Positions 12,615 to 24,758 of a DNA stretch of 64,000 bases are shown one piece after another. A program made the position numbers and the translations under genes. How positions within the stretch are numbered: position 1 is the stretch's first letter; each line of letters opens with the position of its first letter. The notes below the pieces were generated by a model that had not been told where the DNA came from, ran no database searches, and saw only the letters and a program-made list of their open reading frames with translations. Source of the stretch: Tubiluchus corallicola (lineage: Eukaryota > Animalia > Priapulida); contig JAQGDQ010000017.1 of the NCBI GenBank assembly GCA_030141605.1, positions 1,054,001-1,118,000 of the forward strand. The letters are read 5' to 3'.

Positions 12615-15600
12615 AATATATTTTTATAGGCTTATTATAAATTTGGTTTGCCAGGAGGTTGTTTCACAGAATTTAGTACCTCATTTAATGCTAGTCTTAC
12701 TGGCATTGTTTTTAGCAATCTCACCAATCTCTCTACCCATCCTAGCCTTCTGACTTTAATTTTAGGACTCTAGAATTCGTCTTTGGTTCCGTTTATGTTG
12801 TACAGCTGCTGAATGAAATAACATGCGGCCATTTTATTTTTAGGACCTTTCTGAGCAAACCTCTCTGGAATACACCTATTTGTGTTTCCTATGTTGTAGT
12901 CAAGCGCCAAATTTCACTATTGTATGCTAAGTTGCTAGCAATATATGCTCTAAACAGTCGCAGCCTTGTTTTGAGAGGCAGTTTATTGCTGATTTTGGAA
13001 AAAAGGTACATTGTCAGCTGTCTCCTGTTTTTACATAATATTCTACTTTAAGTAGTGATCCTAAGCATTTGCATTGCTTCCTCGATTAATCTCCATCCCT
13101 TGAAGTGTTGCAATGTAAATTTGTTGTTTTACTATCAAATTTTCTGTGAAAAGTCAAAAGACGATAACAGAAATCTTCATTTGGAGCGCTGTACATATGA
13201 TTCCGTGCTTTTTATACGACCTATGCACACAATAATCTGACTGGAATGGTTAAAGAAACTCAGGATCCCGGATAAACATAGTTTTGAAAAGCTGCAGCGC
13301 AAATGTCAGTAAAAACTTTGAAAAACTGTACGTGAACGCAAATTATAAAAAATAATTACGAGAGAGATAGTTGTATGATCAAGTGGTCATGGTGTGTTAG
13401 CTTTGCGACCAAAGTTGTATCCAATGCCAGATCTGGTAACTAAAAGGATAAATAATCATCAACAGTGGTTTTAGTTGCCGCACAGTCGTCAACTGTTTAA
13501 GACACCTTGGCCAGTTTAGTGTCTCATCACAGAGGTTTGTGGAGGTAAAGTTCATGTAAAGAGCAGTTTGTCGTATCGTGTAAATCAGTTGTTTGAATCC
13601 ACTCTAGGAAACAGGTTAATGAATGAATACACAATACTTTGTATGAATGAATAATCTGTAGGCTGTTTTATTTCGCGTTCACCCTTCAGTAGGCAATTTA
13701 GCTCACCATTCCAAACGGGCTTCTTATCATGTCTATCTATTTTCTGGGCAGTCTGTATTAAGTTAGTATAGTGGCTTTCCCAGTGTTATTTATCTCCGGA
13801 AACTCCTTATCAACAATCCCGTAGCCTCATTAGAAATTGGCGTTTTATATTTACGTAGTATGTAATATAATAAACGCTTATTATATCATGAGAAATCTAG
13901 CGTATACACTTTTCTTATCGTATCACGTATTAACCGCTATTACTATAACGTAGCTAGGCCGTTTACCGTTATAGTATAGTAGGCCAACGTATCTATATTA
14001 CTATTTAGTAAAAAAATGCAAATAATCTCATGTAGTCACTGCATGTATCATGTGAATTTTTTGTAATAATTATGCGATATTTTACTATCTCTTCTTATTT
14101 ATTTTTCTCCAGATGAATGCAACAATATTAATAATTTCATATTTATCTAAGTTCAAAGACTAAGTGTATAGGTTTTTGAATTTGGAGAAAAATTTAAGCT
14201 CTAGTCTAAGCTCCCGCCTTTACGATCAAACAAATTTCAACAAATTTTTCTTTCTTTCGACAAGTTTTTTTTATTTTGGCAATGAAACTAAAATCAATCA
14301 CAGTTAAGTAAGCTCTGCTGTTGACTATTTGATCTGTGCTGTAGAGTACTAAATAGCATAGAAATAATAGTAAAAGTAGCGGCACCAATGAATAGATCTA
14401 AACACTTGTCTCTGTGAAGAAAAATTATCACTGTACTGAGTAATTTATATTGAGCCCTATAGCTTAAAAGTACAAAATTTTGCAACTTGCAGTTACGTTT
14501 TAGCTAGTTACAGTAGTTAGAAATTTCTTAGCAAAAGTAATAAACATTTTACGCTGATTTGTAGATTAATTAATGTGATTCCAATAATAACATTACTGTC
14601 TTATATTACTTTGGGAATAATCAAGATCATGTCAATACACTGATTGTACATTTCTTGTACATCTGTGTACACTGATTGTATATATCTAACCTAGAGCCTA
14701 CACTAGGTTACATATCAGGTATAGCCCCACAAACAGATGTGGGGCGCACTGTGCAATAATCATGAGAAATGTTGGTCAAACATGGACACCTACGTCAGCA
14801 AATGTCACTACAATTGTCATTACCACTATTATTAACCTGCAAGAGCTGAAGTAAATCCGGCAGTCTGAGGCTGTGGCTCCATCTCATGGAGGTATCAAAT
14901 AACGACACCGTGAAATATGCTTTCACAATAACAGAGTGTTTATAACCTGGTAAAAATTGCTTATATCCTTTATGCACAGCTTATAAAAAGCGGTTATTTC
15001 ATTAAAACCATTAAGGAAAGTAATGCATTTTGTTGGTTTACTTTTGTTAAAACAGTGATGCATGCATTGGGTTTTTAGCATTTTGGGGAGCACTAATTAA
15101 GGCAGACGAAAGTTCATAAAAATGATCAAAGCTGTAATGTGAATCTCGATGACGTGACACAGCGGCTAGAGAAAATGAATACAGAAGCAACAACTGAAAA
15201 CACTATTAAACTTAGAACTTAAACCTTTTTAAGAATAATCATGTAGGTCACAAAAATTACTTATTCATTGATATTCCGAAATGCTTTAAAGCTATTTTAA
15301 CAATATTTCGCATAAACGCTCTTAAATCAATGCTAGAAGTCGGCAGATATCATATGCCGAAAAACGCTTGTAGTACAACGAATATGAAAAATTTGTTGTT
15401 TCGCTAAAGTATATTAAGAACTGCACGTAAATTGTTCAGTGGCCATTGTCCTCTTGCACAATAAAAGAGGAAAACAGTAGTAACTCCGTCGAAACGTTTA
15501 GCCAGATTTTTAACTATGTAAAGCAAAAGTTTTAATAAAGGCGTGTTGATTAAATATTTCTAAGTGCCTGTAATAAAAAGAGGAAGAATATTATAATATT

Positions 15601-15639
15601 CTTTCAGACGTTTGTTCTAACGTTCAAGGAAGACAGGAT

Positions 15640-16080
15640 GATTTTTTATATACTATCCCATTTTCAAGTATTATAAACGTATGCATTTTAACACAGTTAA
15701 TACTGCAAAAGCGTTTCTGATAATTAAATAATACATTTAAAACTTAATTGACGACGGGCGAGCCCAACTATCGATGACATCACAAACTAACATAATTTTC
15801 AACAGCAAAAATATTCCGCGAGCATGTTGCACCTGTTTGCGAAAGCGAAAATTCAAGTACAGTGCTATTCAGTGCTAAACAAGGCAAATTTTAAGATAAA
15901 AATTCAAATTTCAAATTTACCACTATGCTCCCGCATGAGCTATCGAACGTGTGCAGTATGTAACAAACGAACACATCTAAACTGAGATGTACAACACTTA
16001 TTTTTTGCGCAATGCGTTTCCGAAATGGAGGCACTACTGCCGTCTAACTAGCGAATGGCGAAATGCATGTAACTACCAAA
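15640..16080 (+). repeat. Dispersed repeat family A, copy 1
   Basis: aatactgcaaaagcgtttct...gacgggcgagcccaac...tttcaacagcaaaaatattcc is shared with 58040-58520 (+) and 45240-45660 (-). Confidence 0.85.
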
Positions 16081-18014
16081 CATTAGTCCTATCTATAAAT
16101 CATAAAAACTACCAAAAATTAGTTCTATCTATAAATCATAAAAAAACTACCAAAAATTCACGAGTTATACATTAGAATACAGCTTAAAAAGATGAGTATT
16201 TAGTTTCCAATTCGTGCAAACTCTAATTTCAATTTGGAGCTCATTCCAGCAATTTAGAGCAATGCTTGGAAATCCTAAATCTGCAGTCTTTCTTTTTATT
16301 AAAAAGTGTTTCCAATTCGTTTGCTTTGCTAGCTCATGCGTTCCTGAAAATTATATTCATGAAAATGTAAATGATCGGTCAAGCAAGCTGGAGCTAATCA
16401 CTTTTTAAAGTATGTAATATTCTTCTTCCTCACAGCGTGCATTTTTTAAATCTTTTGTGTGTGCATGTATGCATATTTTTATGTTGTGGTTCAATAAAGA
16501 AAAACCTGTCGATAAAAGCAAGTTCTCTGCTCTAAATATTGCTAACTGAATGGGTAAAACGACATTATATCAAAGGTTCAACCTGGAAAACCGGTCAAAA
16601 AATAGTACCCATGTAGTCTACAACACAACCAATCCCACTTCTGACACTATGTGCTACCGTCCGTCATTTGTTAAGGAAAATTTCAGTATGGTTCATGCTG
16701 GCAGACACAGATGTCAAAAGGGTTTCAACAATGCTTTAACCATAACCAATACAACAAAGCCATTTTTGCCAGCTGAGGCTTACAAAGAGTGGCAGGACCG
16801 GAACCAAAGTGCTTTAACCTAACCCAGCCTTGGCTAACTTAACCTGTCAATCAAATCAGCTAAAATTAAACCACAAAGACCGTTCTATTTGTCCTTGTAC
16901 AAACTAAACAACCTAGTACGTATGTAAGTAACATGATTGGAAACAGAACGCAATGCTCAAGCTGCCAAAATAATAATATAGTCTGCAAACTACTGCTGCA
17001 TGGCCCACTGGCCATTGAAACAGACCTACCCGGAAAAGAACTATCTACGATTAACTAATAAAGCAAGAAGTTATTTGTGTTTGACTGCTGTTCACGATTG
17101 AATGGACATAATGCAAACTAATTCCGAGTCAGATACGTCTAGTGAACGAGCCAGCCCATCACGGCGTTAGCTGAAAATGTCTTCCTGGCTTTTCCTAGTG
17201 ACTACAGGCTACATTTCCAAAAATTGCCATTAAACACTACTTTGTCTTTAAAATTTAAATTAAACTAGTATTTTTAAAGTTCAATATAACACAAGCACAA
17301 AAAGAACGTAGTCTTGGAACATTGGATGAGTCTTTAATATACTACCTACAAATACATGTATCACCGTTAAAAATTTTACGAATTTATTCAAAACGCAAAA
17401 AAATTAACAACAATAAAATCACTTAAACTTCTTATTTTTTATAATTAAAGCGGTGAACATGCGCTTTTAATAACTGGAAAAACAACAAAGAACGCTCGGT
17501 GGTAAACACATCGGCCAGGCGGCTTTAATCTTTTAAATCTTCTTTTTACTAACTTCTCATCTAGACTGCAGGTAAAGAAACTGTAGCAGAGTGCTCGTTA
17601 TCTAATGTCAATGGCACAGTTATCCATGCACAGAGCTGCATCCATGCAAGTAGGTAGAGTATGTGATGACTACAGCGTACAAAATTTTCCACCATAAAGG
17701 TTCGAATTCATCGCAGGCACTGTGTTATTATTTTATGCTGTTTCGCACGTGGTTATATCTGTGCTTAATCAGTGATCGCGTTTTATTATAAATCCCAAAA
17801 ATTAGTGTTTCTGTTTTTCGCCTGAAGATTTTTCACAGCTAGTGAATATTGTCATGAATTAATTACCTTAAACTACGAAAACGTTGACTGTTACAAGTCG
17901 GTAGGTTATGGTCTAAATCGCCAGTTTTGAAGTTTATTTCGATTCCATAACGTTCTACGAGAATGAGCAGATGGTTAACAAGCACTTGTTAGTGTTAATG
18001 ACGCATGAAAACAA

Positions 18015-18152
18015 CGATAATGATGATGATAGTGGAGGTGATGATGATGATGATGACGATGATAATGAATGATGACGATGAAAATGATTATAATGATGAT
18101 CATGAGGACAATTAGGACGACGACAACGATGATGATAATAATGATGATAATA

Positions 18153-18202
<50 letters not shown>

Positions 18203-18332
18203 AATGATGATGTTGGTGGTGGTGGTGGTGATGATGATGATAATGACGATGATAATGAATGATGACGATGAAAATGATTATATAATGATGATCATGACGA
18301 CAATTATGACGACGACAACGATGATGATAATA

Positions 18333-18366
<34 letters not shown>

Positions 18367-18367
18367 C

Positions 18368-18400
<33 letters not shown>

Positions 18401-18419
18401 AATAATGATGATAATAATA

Positions 18420-18483
<64 letters not shown>

Positions 18484-18565
18484 CAACGACGATGATGATG
18501 ATGATGGTGATGATGATGATGATAATGATGATAATGATTTTGGTGGTGGTGGTGATGGTGATGAC
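18015..18565. repeat. Long imperfect (GAT)n microsatellite with an internal duplication
   Basis: About 550 bp of GAT/AAT/GAC/GGT triplets; the block gataatgaatgatgacgatgaaaatgattata occurs at about 18061 and 18251. Confidence 0.95.
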
Positions 18566-18867
18566 TAGAACATCTATATTAAACAATAAAATAAAACTTA
18601 GTGAAATTATGACTGGGTTTTCTAACACTGGCTAAACAACAATGATGCTGGAGCAGATACATGTAATAATTAGAATAATTATGTGCAATTTTTCACATGT
18701 TAACGTTGCACAGAATCAGACTATGTTTTTCCTTAAATGATTGACAATTGTTTTTTTCCTTTTTTAACATCGATTTTCGGTTTATTTTGAGTCCACTCAT
18801 TTTTAATCATTTTTGTACAAGAAGGTTACTTAATATCACATCGGTTATCAAGTATTCCTAAACTTAA

Positions 18868-18980
18868 CTGGGACCGGTTTCACAAAGCTGTCACTAAGCT
18901 AACGACGTTGTTGCTACATTTACTTAACTATTAATAACGACGTCGTCACGTTAGTGGCGGCTTTATAAAACGAGGCCCAG
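18868..18980. mobile_element. Short palindromic MITE (possibly PIF/Harbinger-like)
   Basis: ctgggaccggtttcacaaagctgtcactaa ... ttagtggcggctttataaaacgaggcccag form imperfect inverted arms. Confidence 0.55.
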
Positions 18981-19193
18981 GAATACCTGAATCTGTAGGG
19001 TATTACCGTAAAGCGAGTATTGAACCCAACCGGTAATGAATATTTTGTTGACCGCCTGGTGTCATTTTAAATGCACTGAAAGTTGTTTGACGTTTACCTT
19101 TCCTTTAATTTCTGTCTTCGCAGCCACCGTTTAAATAATAGTATTCTACATATATGCAAGTACTATTGTTTAAACTGAGGTGTAGCATATGTC

Positions 19194-20083
19194 CAGGGCC
19201 GTCTTAACAGCATGGGCCGCCAGACAAAGCAGTGCCATCGGGGCCCCCACCAACACTCAAGGGAATAAAAATGTAAATGGTTGATAAAGTTAAGCATATA
19301 TTTATTGTACTAGTACTTCCAACAAAATCAATGTTTAAACATAAAGAAACATGCTGTACGGCAAAGATTAATCAACACAAACGTTTGAACAACATAACAT
19401 GAGCCTCTAAAAACACAAAAATGCTTGCATTACGTTACGTAGTACGTAAGACACCGGTTCTCGTCTAATCACCGAAGTTAAGCAACGCAAAGCCTGGTTA
19501 GTACTTTGAAGGGTGACCGCCTAGGAATACCAGGTGCTGTAGGCTCGACACTAGGCGGAGGAGCTGCACAAGCAGCCAACGGCTAGAGGGCGGAGGAGGT
19601 CAAGTGACCCAACGGCCATGTGTAGACGAGTAAACCTTCCAAATCAGGAGTGAAGCCCCGAAGGCGTACCAGTGCAGCATGCTCACTGACTCCGGAGCTC
19701 CTGCAGCCAACCTGGTGCCATACGTATCGCTCCGCTTTCCTTAGAGAGGAAGAGAGGGGGTTCCTGTTGTCTGGGCAACTCAGGATCTCCAGGGCTTCGA
19801 GGATCGGACTGCTCAGCCACAGTCGACGCTGCAGTATAGTACATGGCATAGTATAGTACAGTATAGTATAGTATAGTATAGTATAGTATAGTATAGTATA
19901 GTATAGTATAGTATAGTATAGTATAGTATAGTATAGTACAGTATAGTATAGTATAGTATAGTATAGTATAGTATAGTACAGTATAGTATACTACAGTATT
20001 GACTGCATGTCACAACATATATAGAGTACCGTGTGGTCCCTATGCTTCTGGAGCCTCCGGGCAACTGCCCAACGTGCCCTGCA
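19194..20083. mobile_element. MITE copy 2 (same family as 6688-7231), interrupted by a SINE
   Basis: Begins cagggccgtcttaacagcat; shared internal sequence to about 19420; resumes after the SINE with ggtccc...gggcaactgcccaacgtgccc. Confidence 0.65.
19451..19990 (+). mobile_element. 5S rRNA-headed SINE with RTE-LINE-derived body/tail and (TATAG)n end
   Basis: 19451-19545 is a 5'-truncated, mutated 5S rRNA sequence; a GC-rich body follows; 19797-19832 translates SRIGLLSHSRRC (RTE ORF C-terminal motif); (TATAG)n runs from about 19833 to 19990. Confidence 0.8.
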
Positions 20084-22014
20084 TATGCTGTCAACACTCG
20101 GCTGTTCACCTCTTACATGAAAACCTGAAGGTTCTGGTTGACAACTTTTCCAACCGTTTAATGAACTGTTCATGAAAGGCGCGCAACAGAAATCACTGAG
20201 GAGGTAGAAGGGAAGTACAATCATCGGATTGTAAGGTAAAAGTTGTAATTTAACAGTTATTTTTATACAATTAATTCATTTATCTAGTGTTCATGTAATT
20301 TTCACTTGAAATAGTTTATGACCAATTGAGAATGTATTCGCTGCCATATTTGAGAGAATTTGACACGGTTTCGATGTACTTGTCTGACAGACGACAAATT
20401 CGTTTTTCTTTCTCATTCTTCTAATGCTATAAGTTAGTTTAAAATGTGTTAACCAAGTAATAAAGCAAATATTGATTTTTCAAACTGCAGAAGATGACAA
20501 ACATATCTATTAATTTTTCTTGTGTTTACCGAATGTAATAGATTTTGATCAGAATATCTTTGCAACCGATGATTTTCTTCAAGTTCTAATAAACTAGACT
20601 TATTTGATCCAGGTCATTATTTAGTGAATCTCACAGAAATTTTAAAAAGGACAACTTTATTTATTTAAAATAGTGATCCTAACCTGGAAAAGAATAAGTT
20701 TTTTGATGAATAATGAGTAGCTTTTACGGCTGACAAATATGACGTAGTGTCACATTTTGAACAATCTCTAGATGGTATCGTGAGACTCGCATTTGTCTGC
20801 TTACTATCGGTTGCGCGCAATACATGGATCGCAAATCGCATAGACAACCTGTTACCTTTCTGTCATTTCTAAAATTGCTCTTTTCTACTGATATTCTACT
20901 AAACTAGCGACTTTTCTTTTCTATTGAACTAGAGACTTGGGCAGATGGCAACATAAGAGCTATCCATGTTTGTCACCTATTATGCTGTAGCGACTTGCAG
21001 CGAGCGAGTGCTTGTGAGAATGTGTGTGTTACGTCATCAAGGTGGGCGGGACAGAACAATCTATGTATACCGCAGGGTCCAACTAGTAACACTATCTAAC
21101 AGAGAAGAGATTTCTCTTTCCAAATATCATTTCAGATTTTTGTCATGTAATCACTGAACTTGAAAACAAAGCAATTCTATAAAGTGATGAGATCCTTGGC
21201 TCATTGCATGTCTTTACTGGGGGGTGGTGAATGTTCCGGCTGCACCTTCTAGTAAGCCTTGTATTAATAATTTTTTTGTTTTTGTTTTTGCTACGTTTGA
21301 CTTGACTTAGGTCTGATTTATGATTGTGTCTTAATTTTTCTCACAATACATTTCATACTGAGCTTAGCAGGTGAATGTGCATTACACTTATTCATAGGCA
21401 CCAGGCCAACCAACCTACAGGTAATGTTATGATTACCACTTTAAACTAGGAAGCCCATAACATTACCTGCGATTGGTCAAGCAGTGCTTTCCTGTAGAAA
21501 AAAACTAACACGTGATATCATGAGTTGTCTGTGTAGTGTCCGCCAGTTGCACTTCTCCTGTCTGCCTGCCAAGTGTCGTTTGTCCTCTCAAATTTGAAGC
21601 ATTGTCATCGGGTTTTGTGTTTGCTGTTGTTGTTGTTGTTCTCAGTCGTCCCTTTTTATCTCTTAGCTCTGGCTTCGTTGTTTCTTTCTTCAATTTTCTT
21701 GGGTGCCGTTATGCAGCGCTTACCCGCCTCACAGAGTGGGTGGCCATGAGGTTCATCTACCGGGTTGAACACCGGAACAACACATTTCTGTTATTATTTT
21801 CAAAGATTGCTCGTTATTTTTACGTTACGTATATTGCTCTGTAATGCCAAACTACACGATTCTATTTTATTTTTGTTCAATTATTATAAGGACGGCCTGA
21901 TTAAGTGACAATTTTCGTCTTTTTAAACTAATGACTGCATATATGAAAAATCATAATCGTATAATGTATACGAAAAAAATTAATTTACTTACCTATGTGT
22001 CAATACTTATTTAC

Positions 22015-22110
22015 TTACTTACTTACTCACTCACTCACTCACTCACTCACTCACTCACTCACTCACTCACTCACTCACTCACTCACTCACTCACTCACTC
22101 ACTCACTTAC
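22015..22110. repeat. (ACTC)n microsatellite just upstream of the UGM splice acceptor
   Basis: About 20 perfect ACTC units flanked by ACTT units. Confidence 0.95.
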
Positions 22111-22172
22111 TACTAAATACCGTTTTACAGTATGTCTGCTTTATAATACTTTATTGCGATTATTAGGAGTCA

Positions 22173-23609
22173 ATGATGGACGCAAACATCATAATCATTG
22201 GTGCTGGACCCACTGGTTTAGGGGCTGCTCTTCAACTTCAAGATCTTGGTCACTCCAACTGGACACTTTTTGAAAGCACTGATGGTCCAGGCGGACTTGC
22301 ACGTTCCATCAGGGATGACAATGGCTTCTTCTGGGATATGGGTGGCCACGTGATCTTCTCACATTATCAGTATTTCAATGACGTGCTGGATTGTTTTGTA
22401 CCCGATTGGTTGTACCATAAGAGAGAGAGTTACGTCTGGGTCAGAGAGAGATTTGTGCCCTATCCGTTTCAGAAAAACATTCACTATCTTCCTGAAAAGG
22501 ATATGACTGCTTGCTTAGAAGGTCTAAAGGCAACAGCACAGCACAGAAACGAAGTTGAAAATCATAAACCAATTGTGACATTTCAAGACTGGATTGATAA
22601 GAATTTCGGACGAGGTTTGGCAAAAATATTCTTTAACCCGTACAACTTCAAGGTTTGGGGATACAAGCCCTGTGTAATGACGTCAAACTGGGTAAGCGAC
22701 AGGGTAGCGAAAGTTGACCTGAAATCTATCATTAATAGCATTAATAGTAAGAAAGATGATGTTACGTGGGGACCCAATTCGTCATTTCGCTTTCCGTTAT
22801 TTGGAGGGACAGGAGTAATATGGCAAAATGTTTGTGATAGTCTTCCAAATGATAACGTCAAGCTTTGTGAAAAAATTTCAAGGATTAATGTCGATACCAA
22901 ACATGTAAGCTTGGATTCCGGTGAATGTGTTCCCTACGATTATCTTATCAACACCACACCACTAGATATTTTTATACAAAATCTTAAAAGCGACAGGGCA
23001 GCTGGGCTCAAGGACTTCTTGCAGCAAGAGAATGACTTCGTGCATTCATCTAGCCATATTATTGGCTTGGGTTTGGAAGGCCAGCCAAGAGAACATTTGT
23101 CGGGGAAATGTTGGCTGTATTTCCCCGAAGAAAACTGTGATTTTTACAGAGTGACAGTATTTTCCAATTACTCGCCGTACAATGTACCACAACCGGGGAA
23201 ACAATGGTCCTTAATGCTTGAAATCACTGAAACTCCAGCCAAACCGGTCGCCGAAGACATTGTTCAAGCAGCAATACAGGGCGCCAAAAATGTTGGCCTG
23301 CTCTGTGAAAGTGACAGGATAATCAGTAAATGGCACACACGGTTAGAATATGGATACCCCACACCTTTTCTGGGAAGAGACAAACTTCTGAACGAAGTGC
23401 AACCAGTTTTGAAAAACATGGGGATTTATTCCAGAGGGCGCTTTGGCGGCTGGAAGTATGAAGTTGGCAACCAAGACCACAGTTTGATGCAGGGCGTAGA
23501 AGCCGTAAATAACATTATCCTGGGAAAGAAAGAACAGACATACTTTTTTCCTCACGATGTTAATCATATGTACAATCCCACAAGTCGGATAAAAAGTGTT
23601 GGAAATTAA
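22173..23609 (+). CDS. glf: Eukaryotic-type UDP-galactopyranose mutase (FAD-dependent); intronless CDS
   Basis: 478-aa ORF with GAGPTGLGAA (FAD binding), WDMGGHVIFSHYQYF (His loop), VPYPFQ, PYNFKVW, DRVA, WGPN..FRFP..GGTG, CWLYFPE, FYRVTVFSNYS, GYPTP and SRGRFG.W.YEVGNQDHS.MQGVEA. Acceptor AG at 22165-22166. Confidence 0.93.
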   Translation: MMDANIIIIGAGPTGLGAALQLQDLGHSNWTLFESTDGPGGLARSIRDDNGFFWDMGGHVIFSHYQYFNDVLDCFVPDWLYHKRESYVWVRERFVPYPFQKNIHYLPEKDMTACLEGLKATAQHRNEVENHKPIVTFQDWIDKNFGRGLAKIFFNPYNFKVWGYKPCVMTSNWVSDRVAKVDLKSIINSINSKKDDVTWGPNSSFRFPLFGGTGVIWQNVCDSLPNDNVKLCEKISRINVDTKHVSLDSGECVPYDYLINTTPLDIFIQNLKSDRAAGLKDFLQQENDFVHSSSHIIGLGLEGQPREHLSGKCWLYFPEENCDFYRVTVFSNYSPYNVPQPGKQWSLMLEITETPAKPVAEDIVQAAIQGAKNVGLLCESDRIISKWHTRLEYGYPTPFLGRDKLLNEVQPVLKNMGIYSRGRFGGWKYEVGNQDHSLMQGVEAVNNIILGKKEQTYFFPHDVNHMYNPTSRIKSVGN

Positions 23610-23986
23610 TAACTACATAGCTTCTTATAAACCATGGTAACGGTACTAGTCATTCGTTTGGATTGAGGTTGGATGTTGCACCTTCAACGGGTGAAAAAAT
23701 AATCATCGTAAAGGCAGGTGACTTGACCCACCTCCAACCATTTGTTCTTGAAAAAAGCGAAGGTGGCAGCACCTTCCAATGAGATATTAGCAAAGTTAGG
23801 CAATGACACATCGGCAGCTGTTACAACCATTATTATTAACACAACTGACAATTATTGCTCGCTTGTGCCGAGTTGTCTAAAATCTAATGAATAATAACTA
23901 AAATAAAACGAAATTACGGTAGCAATATTGTCTTTTGTAGCATTGCTTTATCGTTCTATATACATGTACTAGAACTCGCAATTCAC

Positions 23987-24290
23987 AATAAGCCTTTTTA
24001 TGGTTCCGGCGATTGATAATGGTCCGTGAAAAGGTCAAAGGTTAAGTGTACCAGATAACGCATTCTGTACACTTGACAACGTATCGGTACAGCAGTTTAA
24101 CAGCTAGCTAGAACATTACCTAACATTTCTCTTGTTCTCAAGCAAGATCATGCTAATAAATCACTCCACGCACAGACTAATACATAATTAAATGAAGTTC
24201 ACGTAAAACAACTAAACATACTGAACAGATGCTCTGCTTTACGCACACGTCACGTGACGGTTGTAATTAAGACGCGTTGCAGTTGGTGCA
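23987..24290 (+). repeat. Dispersed repeat family B, copy 1
   Basis: cgtgaaaaggtcaaaggttaagtgtaccaga...cttgacaacg...caagcaagatc...gcacagactaat also occurs at 59106-59420. Confidence 0.85.
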
Positions 24291-24758
24291 CGTAACCTTT
24301 GACAAACAACAACTACGCATGCGCACAACGAAACTGCGAAAAGGCTTATTATTAACAATGACCGGTAATTGAGGGCATGATAAAGTCATGTTAGAACATT
24401 TACAATATCCACAACGGCAGAACGTGACAAAACATTTGATTTATTTACTACCCCGAGTCCAAGAAACACATGAACATGAAATAAACTGCAGCCTCAGCCT
24501 GTTCTTTTTTCGTAGACTTAGTGATGTTGACTATAATAATTTGAAAAATAGAAGATGTACATTGACGAAATGGTACTTTACTGTGTCTAGGTAGGGAGTC
24601 ATACGAGTTTGCACATAAGTTAGTTGTGAGAAAGATACCCTACTGTCCTACAGTATGTTCTAATCTTTTAACAAAGCAAAACCTTTTTCAGTTAACGTAA
24701 CAGAAATACTAATTTTTTGGCGATGTAAATATTTGCGTCCCAAGGTCTTTTATTTGCA

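Noticed and set aside
18069-18635. Poly-Met, poly-Ile and poly-Ser ORFs
   Set aside because: Artefacts of the GAT microsatellite.
19451-19545. Functional 5S rRNA gene
   Set aside because: The 5' end is missing, there are several substitutions and no oligo-T terminator, and it is fused to LINE-derived sequence; treated as a SINE head.
22166-22176. The 11-mer ggagtcaatga shared between the UGM start and the SRP14 5' UTR
   Set aside because: Too short, and the ATG has different roles in the two places; likely chance.
21931-22273. THSL-repeat ORFs upstream of UGM
   Set aside because: Translation of the (ACTC)n microsatellite.
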